From: Okamejei kenojei
Lineage: Eukaryota
DNA: 64,000 nt
Direction: 5' to 3'
Assembly (NCBI GenBank): GCA_035221665.1
Contig: JAVHYY010000050.1
Span: 1 to 64,000 of the forward strand
The translations under genes and the position numbers were made by a program. The notes beneath the pieces were generated by a model that ran no database searches, had not been told where the DNA came from, and saw only the letters and a program-made list of their open reading frames with translations. Shown here piece after piece: positions 48,721 to 61,739 of the stretch (its first letter is position 1; each line of letters starts with the position of its first letter).

Positions 48721-51700
48721 GGATCGAACTCGGGTCTCAGGTGCTAATAGCGCTGTCGGGCAGCAGGACCACCGTTGCGCCACCGTGGTGAAATTCACTG
48801 ACGAATATTCGCGAGGTCAAACTCTGATTATGAAAGGGAAATTGGAAACATCCCACGCTGTGTGAGCAGCCACAGCGAGCACGGAATAATAGTGGAGCTG
48901 ATTCAGAGAGTAGGGTTCCGGTGAATGACCCAAATTACCTTACCCACTTCTCTAACATTTTTTAATTGGTTCTTCGCGTTAAAACAATAGAACTAGTCAT
49001 TCTCCTCACAGCTTGACTTAAGTGTTTCCCTTCCTATGTATGGTTAAGGTTCAACAGTGATGTATTGGCATTTAATGCATAAGATCATGTGATAGAAGTA
49101 TATTAGGACATTCGGCCCATGAAGCCTACTCCGCCATTGAATGATGGCTGAACTATCTCGCCTTGCGAACCCAATTCCCCTGCATGCTCCACAATAACAA
49201 TAACGTCTGACGCCTCGATTAATCAAAAATCTATGAATCGCTGCCTTATTTTCCCCCTGACTTGGTCTGCACAGCCTTCTGTGTTTAATAACTGGAAGGT
49301 AATCTTTAGAGTGCAATTTGCTCAACTGAGATAAATGCTTTGCCCTCTATGTATTAAGAGTTGTTTTTTCTTCACTGGGCATCGTCCTTCTACGTTTTAC
49401 TTTCATTTAATTGAAAAACATTTTTAGTTTTCAATCTTGGTCGCCCGCTTTTGCTGCTTGCGGTTCATATTTTCCCCTCTCGAGATCAGTTTCAACAGTT
49501 CTGACAGCTGTCGTTTGATTTCAGTTTGTGGAATGTTTACAGTGTGTCCAGCTTTACTCGCAGGCCATCTACCCTCCTGCCAACCTCCCTCTGTTTCCTC
49601 GAAATAAGAAATAGATTGTTTCCCAGGCTTTCACATGCAGGGGGCGTGGATCAATTCCATGAATTGTATGGGAAAGTTTATAAGCCCGTTGTAATGATAA
49701 GGCGCTTAGCAAGACTTCAATAGTTCGTAAGATGTTAGAGACAATTAGCAAAAATGAGGTTCCAGTTACTTTGAAGCACATTATAAATCGGCGAAGTCAG
49801 CAAGGGGGGTGGGGGGGGGGGCTCTTGCCTGACACATCTGTTGACATTCTTTGTGAACGTAACAAGCAGGATGGAGAAATAAAAGTCAGAAATACTGCTT
49901 ACTTACATTTTCTGATGTATATTAAATGGTGTAGGGCGCGAGCGGATAATTAAGAATAGAGTATTAGTGTTAGAGATAAGCATACAGTGTGGATAGAGGA
50001 TAGGGTGTCCGTATCAGGTCCAAATGTTGGAATAAAGGTGATCTTTTCCGCTTGCTGCCTTTGACTAATGGGTCAATGTTGGGTTCACTACTTTTCCCGT
50101 TGTATTTTTACGATCTGGATGATGGAATTGATGGCTTTGCGGCTGATATCGCGGATGATGCCAAAAATAGGTGAAGGGGCAGGTAGTGTTGAGTAAACAT
50201 GGAGTCTTCAGAGTTACTTGAACAGGTTGGAAGAGGGGGCAAGTAAGTGGCAGATGGAATACTACATAGCACACATAGCACACTATACGGGCATGCACTT
50301 TGGTACGGGAATTCCAAAATGTGAATTTGCAGAGTGAAGCGTCCTTGAGGGATACAAATTAAATTTTAGCATTCATTTCGAAGTTGACTAGAATATGAAA
50401 ACAGGGTTCTAATGTAAATAGTAAAAAACATTTGGCACTGATTTCATCACATTTGGAATATCGCGAGCAGTTTTGGGGCTCGTATCTGAGGAACGATATT
50501 GTGGCTTTGGAGGTTACCAAACGGAGGTTTTCCGCGAATTATTTGGGGGACCATTCGGTCGCTCATAATAAGTGTTTGCTAACTCCAAGCCTACAAACGC
50601 TGGACTTGAGAAGGATAAGTTTCTGATCAATCTGATCACTCTGATTGACATTTGAGCAGCATTGTCATTGGCATTTCGTCCTCACGCTCCAAACTCGGAT
50701 ACTTTTCCACTTTTCGCTGAATTGACCCTTGCTACATATCACAGTCTTCACCCAAGCACTTTTCGTTTTCACTTCCAACGGCGGATTTTAATTTCCACGA
50801 CGGGCAAATGCCCTAAACTCTGCCTCTATGCATTACGGCCTTTTTCGTTGTTTTGGATGTGGGCATAGCTGTTAAGGCCAACAGTCATTTACCATTAGAA
50901 TCAAAAATAACGAATCCAGGGTGTTCAAATGTAATCTGTTCCGACAACGGAACAGTGACATTCTTACTTGTAGATGCACACAGGCCTAGAAAAGCAATAT
51001 GCTTTATCAGATAACAGCGTCATTGAGTCATGGAGCGATATAATGCGGAAACAGGCTAATGAGCTCACGTTCCCGACAGCGGCCAACATGTCACAGCTAC
51101 GTTAGTGCCAGCTACCCGCATTTGTTCGAAATCCATATAATCCTGTCCTGTCCATGCACTTGTCTAACTGATTCTTAAACAGTGGGATAGTGCCAGCTTC
51201 AATTATGTACGTTGGCAACTTGTTATGTACACCCAGTACCCTCCGTGTGAATACGTTACCCCTCACATCCCAGTAAATCTTCCCCTTAAGCTTAAACCTG
51301 TGTGCTCCGGTCCTCGACTCACCAACTCTGCACAAGAGATTCTGCGTATCTACCCGATCTATTCGTTCCATGATGTTATACACTTCCATAAGATCACCCC
51401 AGTCCTCTCATAAAATATGATACAAAAATAACTCAATAATTTAATGGCCGCAATCCTAGAGCCACAAAAATCATTCTTTGTTTAACCAGAGACAATTATG
51501 AAAAGTTTATGATCACAAAGTGCTGCAGTAACTTGTCGACCAAGAGGGTGAATCCACATAGCGTTTTGGAGCAAGCCGGTGGTTTGGTGGTAGCATTAAC
51601 TGCGCGGGTCAGGCAGCATTTTAGGAGAACAGTGATAGCCGACATGTGGCATCTAGACTTCAGATTCCCATTTCAGCGTCCGCATTTTCTTGTGTCTGCA

Positions 51701-51979
51701 TAGAAATTCATAGCTGTGGTCAGCACTGTGTGGTGTTCCCGACTCTGATGGTTTTGGGGAAGAAGCTACTGTTGAACGTGATTACATTTATGATCCCGGG
51801 GAGCCCCACATATCCTCTCATTTGACTCACGCGTACCGTACATCTGTACAAATTTGCTGGAACCCTTTATCAATAGAATATGTTTTATTTGGTAACCGAT
51901 TGATGCCTCATGATCCGATATTAAAGGAACTGAATATTTCCAAGAACTGCCGGGGATAAGAGAAGTTTAGGGTACTTAC

Positions 51980-52037
51980 CGGCTGTGACAGTCACCGTAG
52001 TTCCAGTCCCATCCTTATAGTAAGTGGTCCCTGAAGC
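51980..52037 (-). CDS. NAR-TCR J segment 2 (ASGTTYYKDGTGTTVTVTA)
   Basis: GxGT-VTV motif, donor G|GTAAGT, 5' RSS. Confidence 0.92.
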
Positions 52038-52076
52038 CACAGTGCCACGTATCTCGATGCTCGCAGTACAAGAACA
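52038..52076 (-). other. RSS (23-bp spacer) of NAR-TCR J2
   Basis: On + strand CACAGTG (52038-52044), 23-nt spacer, ACAAGAACA (52068-52076). Confidence 0.88.
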
Positions 52077-52385
52077 GTTATCACCTCGATTTGCCCGGCA
52101 ACCATAAGCATCGCTGTCCAATTATTCCGGAAGTTTCAGACCAACCAGTAATTGTCCTTGCTCCCCAATCCTCGGTGGGTCGACTGGTTTCCCCTAAGAA
52201 ACAGAGCTAACAGCAGAGTGATCCCCCACGCAGACTGGTGTGCTTTGACAAACACGGAACCAATTATTAAGGAATGTTAACGGAATGTGGTAATCCCTAT
52301 GTAATTTAACTGGACTACAGCGTCACAAACAACAATCGTTTGATTTTGTTTCCGGAACCCAAGAACATATATATTGAATGTGGTG

Positions 52386-52456
52386 AGTTTTTATTCGAAT
52401 CTCTTCCACTGTGGTACTTCCAGTCCCACACGTTGTTTCACGTCACTTTCAAATCC
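52386..52456 (-). other. NAR-TCR D segment 2 (coding 52428-52414, TGGGACTGGAAGTAC) with 12/12 RSS
   Basis: GGATTTGAA-12-CAACGTG upstream; CACAGTG-12-ATAAAAACT downstream. Confidence 0.85.
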
Positions 52457-52780
52457 CCAGGCGCCCCGCGAGACGGGTGGGCAGGAGATTAACGTTCAGC
52501 GAATGCATTTTTCAGATTGCAGCTTCTGTAACTGGACCTCGTCTGGAGTTATGCATCATAAGATAGGTAAGTCATTCTCCATGGAAGTTCGTTAACACCA
52601 GCTTCGGGAAAGGGGGCATTATCCAGCCGCACTCGCCAAATAGAGAAACCCCATTGTTTGAATAGCACGCATTTCATCCAGTGTCAAATAGAATGCAGGG
52701 CAGGCGGGATAAAGCGGGGCCGTGGGTTCCGCGGTGGATTCACCTCGCGTCTTTACGTTGCTACTAGTATCTGCCTTCAG

Positions 52781-52818
52781 GGTTTTTGTATTGCTGGAAC
52801 CGCAGGCCCATCACTGTG
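52781..52818 (-). other. RSS (22-bp spacer) of NAR-TCR V2
   Basis: CACAGTG (52818-52812), 22-nt spacer, ACAAAAACC (52789-52781). Confidence 0.95.
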
Positions 52819-53111
52819 CTCAATCCACCTGTACTCAGCTTGACAGTAATATGTGGCCATGTCCTCAACTCTCAAATCAAGAATTTTCAACGTAAAGGTC
52901 TTTTTCGCTTTATTGGTCGACACAGCAACCCGTCCACCTGATGTGATCCGCTGCCAATGAGCACTGGATTGTGCATGCTTGAAGAAATGCCCTGCATCAA
53001 ATTTGTAACTACCCCAGGAGCCTTCTTGGAAAAGGCAGGTGATTGTGACAGGTTGGCACTCTTTTCCAGTCACCGCATTCGGGCTCTGAGTCACTGACTG
53101 ACTGAAGGTGT
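52819..53111 (-). CDS. NAR-TCR (IgNAR-like) variable segment, cassette 2
   Basis: Acceptor TTTAATCTACAG|AC; open frame TFSQSVTQSPNAVTGKECQPVTITC...GHFFKH...TFTLKILDLRVEDMATYYCQAEYRWIE; FR1 Cys, no CDR2. Confidence 0.92.
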
Positions 53112-53265
53112 CTGTAGATTAAACACAGGGAGAGATAAGTGGGAATTCGAGGCGAACCACGGCAGAAGGATAAATCGCGGTCAGTGTTTGAAATTCAGGT
53201 CGGAGTGCACTCGAGTTGTTTTATGTTCAACCCGCACTGTGTGTGGGTCGGAGACCGGTACTCAC

Positions 53266-53308
53266 GGCGTAAGCAGAGTGACAGTACAAACAACATGAGC
53301 ATTCCCAT
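53266..53308 (-). CDS. NAR-TCR V cassette 2, leader exon (MGMLMLFVLSLCLR)
   Basis: ATG at 53308; 43-nt exon with C|GTGAGT donor; paralog of 11885-11927. Confidence 0.9.
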
Positions 53309-53534
53309 CGCGCCTCTCCGGGAATAAATGGTTAACGTGACGAGAGGCTGGAGCACAGGTCCCCCGACAGATCCTGCAGCATATCCCGGCGAACTGAGCG
53401 GGAACCTCAGCTGTCCTTCGTTTCGGTGCGGGCGCTGTTCTGGGAATTATTGAAAATCGATGTGCGAGGAGATGGAGAGTTTGAGAAGGGGATTGTAAAA
53501 TCTGCTGGTTTGTTTGGTGGCCTGTATTGTGATG

Positions 53535-53578
53535 TGAAGCATCTGATGTGGCTCTGACGTTTCTCTGACGTTCAGTAG
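53535..53578 (-). promoter_or_regulatory. Candidate NAR-TCR V2 promoter element (CRE half-sites plus E-box)
   Basis: GAAGCATCTGATGTGGCTCTGACGTTTCTCTGACGTTCAGTAG identical to cassette 1. Confidence 0.4.
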
Positions 53579-53862
53579 ACCATTTGAATCATTCAGGCAT
53601 CTGAACATATGGGGAGGGGCAGTAGATCGGGTGAACGCACAGTCCCAGCTGCAATCGTGCAGAAGATATAGAAGTGTGCAAACTCACACCTCCAGATTTA
53701 GGGACATAATGTATCTTCCCAGCGGTTATCAGGCAACTGAACCACCGAACACAACTTGAGAGCAGTCCTGACAGACGATCTACCTCATCGCTGACACTCG
53801 GACTATCCTAATCGGACATTGTTGGCTTTATCGTGCACTAAACATTATTCAATTATCATGTA

Positions 53863-55476
53863 CAATGGCTTGCAAACGTTTTCATACCCCTTGAACTTTT
53901 GCACATTTTGTCACGTTACAACCACAAACGTAAATGTATTTTATTGGGATTTTATGTGATAGACCAACACAACGTGTCGCATAATTGTAAAGTGGAAGGA
54001 AAATTATACATGGTTTTCAAATTTGTTTACAAAAAAAACCTGAAAAGTGTGGCGTGAAAATGTATTCAGCCCCCTTTACTCTGATACCCCTAAATAAAAT
54101 CCAGTGCAACCAATTGCCTTGAGAAGTCACCTAATTAGTAAGTAGAGTCCACTTGTGTGTAACGTAATGTCACTATAAATACAGCTGTTCTGTGAAGGCC
54201 GCAGAGGTTTGTTAGAGAACATTAGTGAACAAACAGAATCATGAAGCCCAAGGAACACATCAGACAGTCAGGGATAAAGTTGTGGAGTAGGTTAAATCAG
54301 GGTTAGGTTATATAAAAGTATCCCAAGCTTTGAACATCTCACGGAGCACTGTTCAATCCATCATCCGAAAATGGAAAGAGTATGGCACAACTGCAAACCT
54401 ACCAAGACGTGGCCGTCCACCTAAACTGACAGGCCGGGCAAGGAGAGCATTGACCAGAGCAGCAGCCAAGAGACCCATGGCAACTCTGGAGAAGCTGCAG
54501 AGATCCACAGCTCAGGTGGGAGAATCTGTCCACAGGACAACTATTAGTAGTGCACTCCACAAATCGGGCCTTTATGGAAGAGTGGCAAGAAGAAAGCCAT
54601 TGTTGAAACAAAGCCATACGAAGTCCCGTTTGCAGTTTGCCACAAGCCATGTGGGGGACACAGCAAACATGTGGAGGAAGGTGCTCTGGTCTGATGAGAC
54701 AAAAATGGAAGTTTTTGGCCTAAATGCCATACGCTGTGTGTGGCGGAAAACTAACACTGCACATCACCCTGAACACACCATCCCCACTGTGAAACATGGT
54801 GGTGGCATCATCATGCTGTGGGATGCTTTTCTTCAGCAGGGACAGGGAAGCTGGTCAGAGGTGATGGGAAGATGGATGGAGGCAAATACACTGCTTTCTT
54901 GGAAGAAAACCTGTTAGAGTCTGCAAAAGACTTGAGACTGGGGCGGAGGTTCACCTTCCCGCATGACAACGACCCTAAACATACTACCAGAGCTGCAATG
55001 GAATGGTTTAGATCAAAGGATATTCATGTGTTAGAATGGCCCAGTCAAATGTCCAGACCTAAATCCAATTGAGAATCTCTGGCAAGACTTGAAAAATGCT
55101 GTTCACAGACGCTCTCCATCCAATCTGACTGAGCTTGAGCTATTTTGCAAAGAAGAATGGGCAAAAAAATCATACTCTAGATGTGCAAAGCTGATAGAGA
55201 CATACCCCAAAAGACTTGCAGGTGTAATTGCAGCGAAAGTTGGTTCTACAAAGCATTAACTCAGGGGGCAGAATACTTTTGCACTCCACACTTTTCAGTG
55301 TTATATTTGTAATACAATTTGGAAACCATGTATCATTTTCCTTCCACTTCACAATGATGCACCACTTTGTGTTGGTCTATCACATAAAATGCCAATAACA
55401 TACACTTACGCTTGTGGTTATAACGTGATAAAATGCTGAAACGTTTAAGGGGTATGAAAACGTTTGCAAGCCACTG
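53863..55476 (+). mobile_element. Tc1/mariner DNA transposon with disrupted transposase (54241-55259)
   Basis: TA TSD (53861-62 / 55477-78); about 210-bp TIRs starting CA(A/G)TGGCTTGCAAACG; WSDETK, HDNDPKH and PDLNPIENLW motifs; frameshifts and a stop. Confidence 0.93.
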
Positions 55477-55939
55477 TATCTGTACACTGTGGGAGGCTCG
55501 ATTAATACAATATATTGGCTCTCCGCTGACTGTTTAATAAGCAACAAACGATTTTGACTGTACCTTGGTATACGTGACAAATAAATAAAACTGAACGGAT
55601 GGCGGAGGCTGTCGCTCCCCTGTGCAACCCCGCAACAATGCAGGAAGGCCAGTGAAGGGCTGTTTGTTTGTTTGTTTGATGAGAGGCTGTAACTTCAAGG
55701 GTAGTGGGAATTGCTGCACGGCGGCTTATAAAATCGACGAAATGTCAATGCGAGGCCACAGTCGGGTTGGTTACCGGTATCCCACCGAAAGTCATTGAGC
55801 CAGTGAAACAGAACACGCAAACTGCAACTAATGCAGTCACCTGCAGGGATGGAGAAACACAGAAACATGGAAAATAGGTGTAGGTGTAAGTCATTCTCCC
55901 TTCGCCCCTGCACTGCCAATCAATATGATCAAGTCATGT

Positions 55940-58760
55940 GGGCAGCGGAGGTGGGCTAGCTCTGTAGGTGAGGGTTGACAGTGGGACTGACGATGTAAAG
56001 TCGCTGTGGATTGAATTCTGCAATTGTAAATGATACACGACAATGGTAAGTACAAAACAGTAGCCTGGATATAGGGTGCAAGTTGAAGCAGGAGTTAAAA
56101 TTGGCATGTAACAAATGTAATGTCACTGCTTTTACAGAGATTTCAAAATGCAGGTAGACTGTGAAAATCAGGTTGGTTGTAGAAACCAAGAATGGGAATG
56201 TGTAGAGATGGCTCTGAGATGGGTCCTTAAAGCAACTTCTATTGAAGCCTACCAGAGATAAGGCAATTCTGGATTTAGTGTTGTCTAATGAACCAGATTT
56301 AGGAAGGGAACTTAAGGTAAAGGAACCCTAGGAAGGAATGACCATAATATGAATAGTTTTAATCCGCAATTTGAGTGGGAAAATGTTACATCAGATGTGT
56401 CAGTCTTGTAGTTGAACAAAGGTCAACACAGTTGACGGCATGAGAGAAGTGCGGGCCAATGCCGACTGGAAATGATCCTAGCAGAAGTGACGGAGGAATA
56501 AAAATGGTAGGAATTTCGGGGCATAATGCAGAAGATACAAGATAATTTCATTCCAAGGATGAAGACAGATTCTAAGGAAAGTAAGAGGTAACCGTGGCTG
56601 AAATTGGAAGTTGGGGACGGTATAAAACTAAAGGAAAAGATGTAGAACACAGGAAAGAGCGGCGGAAGCCAGAGGATAGGGCAATTTTCGAAGGACATCA
56701 GAAGGTAACAAAAAATGGCAATACGGGGGGGAAATATGAAGTACGAAGGTGAGGTCGCCAGGAATATAAAGGGCAATAAAAGCCTATTTAGTTATGTTCA
56801 GAGAAAAAAAAAATATTAGAAAAGGCAAATGTGGGTCCTTTGAAAGAAAACAGTTGAAATTATGTTCAAGTTCAAGTTCAGGTTACACCTATATTCACAT
56901 GCACCAATTGGCACAGTGAGATTTGAGTTTCAAAACAGATATACGAATATAAACGAGCACATTACACGGTATAATTTAACATGAATATCTCCACACAGCG
57001 GAATCAACGTTTCCCATTGTGAGGGAAGGCCATAAAGTTCAGTCAACTTCCTCTTTGTTCACCCGTGGTCGGGGCTTTGAGTCTCCCGCAGTCGCCGCAA
57101 CGGCGGCCCGATGATTCAGGCCTTCTCGACAGGATGATGGAACTCCGACGGCGGAACGGGAGAATGCTCACAGCGGCTTCCAGTTTCCGAATAGGCCGCT
57201 TCCTACCGGGGACCACGGCTGCCGATGTCCATAGGCCGAGCTGGACGGAGCTCCAACGATGGAGACCCCCGGCAAAGGATCCCAGGACTCCGCGATGTTA
57301 GCGTCAGCGCCGCCCGCGGCTGGAAGCTCCGCAGACCACAGCTTCACGATGTTATAGCAGCTGGCCGAACACTCCGTTGCTCCACACAGCGATTCCCGGT
57401 AAGGCATCGCCCGCTCTGCGATGAAATCCTGTGCTGCGGCGCTATTGAAGCTCTGGCCAGTTAGCCTGACATCGGAGCTGGGTAAGATGGCAGAGTCAAT
57501 TATTAATGAAGTAATAACGGCGTATTTGGATAGCTTTTGAAGGTTTGGTCCAAGTCAACATTGATTTATGAAGGGGAAATCCTGCTTGACTAATCTTCTG
57601 GAATGTCTTGAGAATGTGCCATGTGAGAGGTCCCTGTCAGAATGGCAGGCATTCTGATCGGAGTGCCGCAACGCTCGGTGCAGGGACCACAAATATATAT
57701 TAATGATTTAGATAATGGAATTAAAAGAAACACAAGCAAATTTCCAGAAGATACCACGTTTGGTGGCATATAAACTGCGAAGAGGATGCTAGGTGGTTGC
57801 AGGATGACCTGAGCAGATTGAGTGAGTTGGCAGATATATGGCAGATGCGGTATAATGTAGTTAAAGTGATGTTATCCAATTTGACGGAAGAAAATGGAAG
57901 CAGATTATTATCTCAATGGTGTCAGTTTGGGGGAAAAGGAATGTGCAACGAGACTCGAAGTAAACATTCAGGTACACCAGGTAGTGAAGAAAGCTAATGG
58001 CATGTTGGCCTTTATAACGAGTCGATTTGGGTATAAGAGTAGAGGTCCTTCTGGAGTATTGTGTGCAGTTTTGGTCTCCTAATTTGAGGAAATACATCCT
58101 TGTTATGGAGTGAGTGTCGCGTATATTAACCACGTTTAATCCCCGGTAGGGTGGTACTGTCATATGAGGAAATTATAAGGACTATGGAATTCTATGCCTC
58201 AGAGGGCGGTGGAGGCAGGTTCCCTGGATGATTTCAAGAGAGAGCTGGATAGGGCTCTTAAAAATAGCGGAGTCAGGGGATATGGGGAGGAGGCAGGAAC
58301 GGGGTACTGATTGGGGATGATCAGCCATGATCACATTGAACGGCGGTGCTGGATCGAAGGGCCAAATGGCCTACTCCTGCACTTATTGTCCATTGTTTAT
58401 TTTCTATTGAAAGATTGGAAAGACTGGTCAAGTATTCACTGGAATTTAGAAGGATGAGTGGGAATCCTGCAGAAACAGGACTGGTCAAGATAGATGCAGG
58501 AACAATATTACAAATGCAGGCGGCGTCCAGAAACAGAGTTTCTAAGAGTGAAGGGGAGGGCATTTCAAACTGAGATGAAAAAAAATCTTTCAGCCAGAAA
58601 GTTGTACATTTCTGGAATACTCTGTCACAGAAGGCAGTGGAGGCAATTCGCTGGATGAAATGAAAAGAGAGTGAGATAGACCTCTTGGGGCTGCCAGAAT
58701 CAAGAGGCATGAGGAGAAGGTAGGCACTGGTTTCTGATAGTGGATGAGCAGCCTTGATCA
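55940..58760 (+). mobile_element. Degenerate CR1 fragments, with an unclassified insert at about 56865-57460
   Basis: CR1 EN/RT remnants (GKSCLTNLLE, KKANGMLAF); insert begins with (TTCAAG)n. Confidence 0.65.
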
Positions 58761-58789
58761 AATTGCATGGGCAATTGTGAGCGGTGCGA

Positions 58790-61665
58790 GGGGGGACGTG
58801 AATACGGAGGTCAAAGTGTTGTATTTGAATGCGCGAAGTATGAGCAATAAAGTGGACGAGCTTGTGGCTCAGTTAGTAATTGGCAAGTATGTTGTTGTGG
58901 GACTCGGCCAGGGCTGGGAACTGAATATTCAAGCGTATGCCTCCTTCCAGACAGACATGTGGGCGGAAGGCGTGTGGTAGCTCTCTTGGTGAGGAATTAA
59001 ATTCAGTCCCTTGCAAGGGGTCACATTGAAACAGGAGACGTGGAGCCAGTATGCATAGAACTAAATGATTACAAGGGAAAAATACCGTAGTGGGACATTA
59101 CATGCCTCAAAGGGTAGCCTGGGCATAGGGTGCAAGTTGAATCAGCGGTTAAAATTGGCATGTAGCAAAGGTAATGCTGTACTTGTTTTGGGTGATTTCA
59201 ACATGTAGGTAGACTGGGAAAATCTGGTTGGTACTGGACCCCAAGAAAGGGACATTGTAGAGTGCCTTTGTGATGGATTCTTAGAGCAGCTTGTATTGGA
59301 GCTCAGGGAGAAGGCAATTCTGGATTTAGTGTTATGTAATGAACCAGATTTGATAAATGAACCTGAGGTTAATGAGCCATTATTAGGTAGATACTATAAC
59401 ATCGTCAGGTTTAATCTACATTTGAAGAGGGAAAAGCGGAGATCTGTGGTGTCCGTGTTACAGTTGAATAAAGGGGACTATTGGACCATGAGGGATAAGA
59501 AGGCCTAAGTGGACTGGAAAGATACCATAGCAGGGATGACAGTGGAACAACAATGCAAGGTATTTCTAAGAATAATACAGAAGTGCAGGATCAGTTCTTG
59601 GAGGAAGATAGATTTCAAGGGGAGTAAGGGACGACCGTGGCAGACAATGGACATCAGGGACAGTATAAAAATAAAAGAGAAGAGGTACAATGCAGCAAAG
59701 ATGAGTGGGAACAAGAGGATTAGGTAATGTTTAAAGCGCAACAGAAGATAACTAAAAAGACAATACGGGGAGAAAAGATGAGTTACGAAGGTAAGCTAGC
59801 CAAGAATATAAAGGAGGATAGTAAAAGCTTCTTTAGGTATGTGAAGAGGAAAAAATAGCTGAGACCAAAGTTGAACACTTGATGACCGAAAAAGGTGAAT
59901 TTATTATGGGGAGCAAAAAAAATGGCAGATTAGTTGAACAGGTGCTTTGGATCCGTCTTCACTAACGAGGACACAGACAATCTTACTGATAGAGTAGTGG
60001 CCAGAGGATCTGGGGTGACGGAGGAACTGAAGGAAATCCACATTAGCCAGGAAATTGAGTTGGGTAGACCGATGGGACTGAAGGCTGATAAGCCGCAGGG
60101 TCTGATGGTCTGCAACCCAGAGTACTTAAGAAAGTGGCTCTAGAAATCGTGGATGCATTGGTGATAATTTTCCAATGTTCTATAGACTCAAGATCCGTGC
60201 TTGTGTATTGGAGGGTAGCTAATGTTATCCCACTTTTTAAGAAAGGGGGGGAGAAAACAGGGAATTATAGATCAATTAACCTGACATCGGTGGTGGGGAA
60301 GATGCTGTAGTCAATTATAAAATATGAAATAACCACACATTTGTATAGCAGTGACAGGATCGGTCCGAGTAAGCATGGATTTACGAAGGGGAAATCATGC
60401 TTGACTAATCTTCTGGAATTTTTGGAGGATGTAACTAGGAAAATGGACAAGGCAGAGTCAGTGGATGTAGTGCACCTAGACTTTCAGAAAGCATTTGATA
60501 CGGTCCCACGTAGGAAAATTACAGGGCAACATTGGGGCACATGGTATTGGGGGTAGAGTGCTGACGTAGAAAATTGGTTGGCAGACAGGAAACAAAGAGT
60601 TGGGATTAACGGGTCCCTTTCAGAATGGCAGGCAGTGACTAGTGGGGTACGGCAAGGCTCGGTGCTGAGACCGCAGCTATTTACAAAATACATCAATGAT
60701 TTGGATGAAGGAATTCAATGTAACATTAAAACATTTGCAGATGACACAAAGCTGGGTGGCAGTGTGGACTGTGAGGAGGATGCTATGAGAATGCAGGGTG
60801 ACTTGCACAGGATGGGGGAGTCGGTAGATGCATGGCAGAGAAAAAGTTTAAGGTGGATGATGTGAGGTTATCCACTTTGATATCAAAAACAGGATGCAGA
60901 TTACTATCTAAATGGCGTCAAGTTGGGAAAAGGGGATGTACAACGGGTTCTGAGGGTCCTTGTTCATCAGTTTATGAAAGTAAGCATGTAGGTACAGCAG
61001 GCAGTGAGTAAAGCGAATGGCATGTTGGCCTTTACAACAAGAGGAGTCGAGTATAGGAGCAAATAGGTTCTTCTGCAGTTGTACAGAGCCCTAGTGAGAC
61101 CACACCTGGACTATTGTGTGCAGTTTTGGTCACATAATTTGAGGAAGGACATTCTTGCTATTGAGGGAGTGCAACGTAGGTTTACAAGGTTAATTCCCGG
61201 GATGGCGGAACTGTCATATGCTGTGAGAATGGAGCGGCTGGGCTTGTACACTCTGGAGTTTAGAAAGATGAGAGGCGCTCTTATTGAAACATGTAAGATT
61301 GTTAAGGGTTTGGACACGCTAGAGGCAGGAAATATGTTCCAGATGTTGGGGGAGTCCAGAAGCAGGGGCCACAGTGTACGAATAAGTGGTAGGCCATTAA
61401 GAACGGAGCCGAGAAAGCACTTTTTCTCACATAGAGGTGTGAGTCTGTGCATTTCTCTGCCGCATAGTGCGGTGGAGGCCGGTTCACTGGATACTTTCAA
61501 TAGCGAGCGACATAGGGCTCTTAAAGATAGCGGAGTCAGGGGATATGGGGAGAAGGCAGGAACGGGGTACTGATGGGGGATGATCTGCCATGATCACATT
61601 GAATGGCGGTGCTGGCTCGAAGGGCCGAATGGCCTACACCTGCACCTATTATCTATTGTCTATTG
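58790..61665 (+). mobile_element. CR1 ORF2, nearly complete and degenerate
   Basis: YLNARS, AILDLVLCNE, GKSCLTNLLEF, FADDTKLGG, LVRPHLDYCVQFW; (CTATT)n-type tail. Confidence 0.88.
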
Positions 61666-61739
61666 TCGATTGGTGACTCGAAAGACCATATAGCCTCCCT
61701 TTGCACCTATTTTCCAGGTTTCGATGTTTCTATTTAAAA

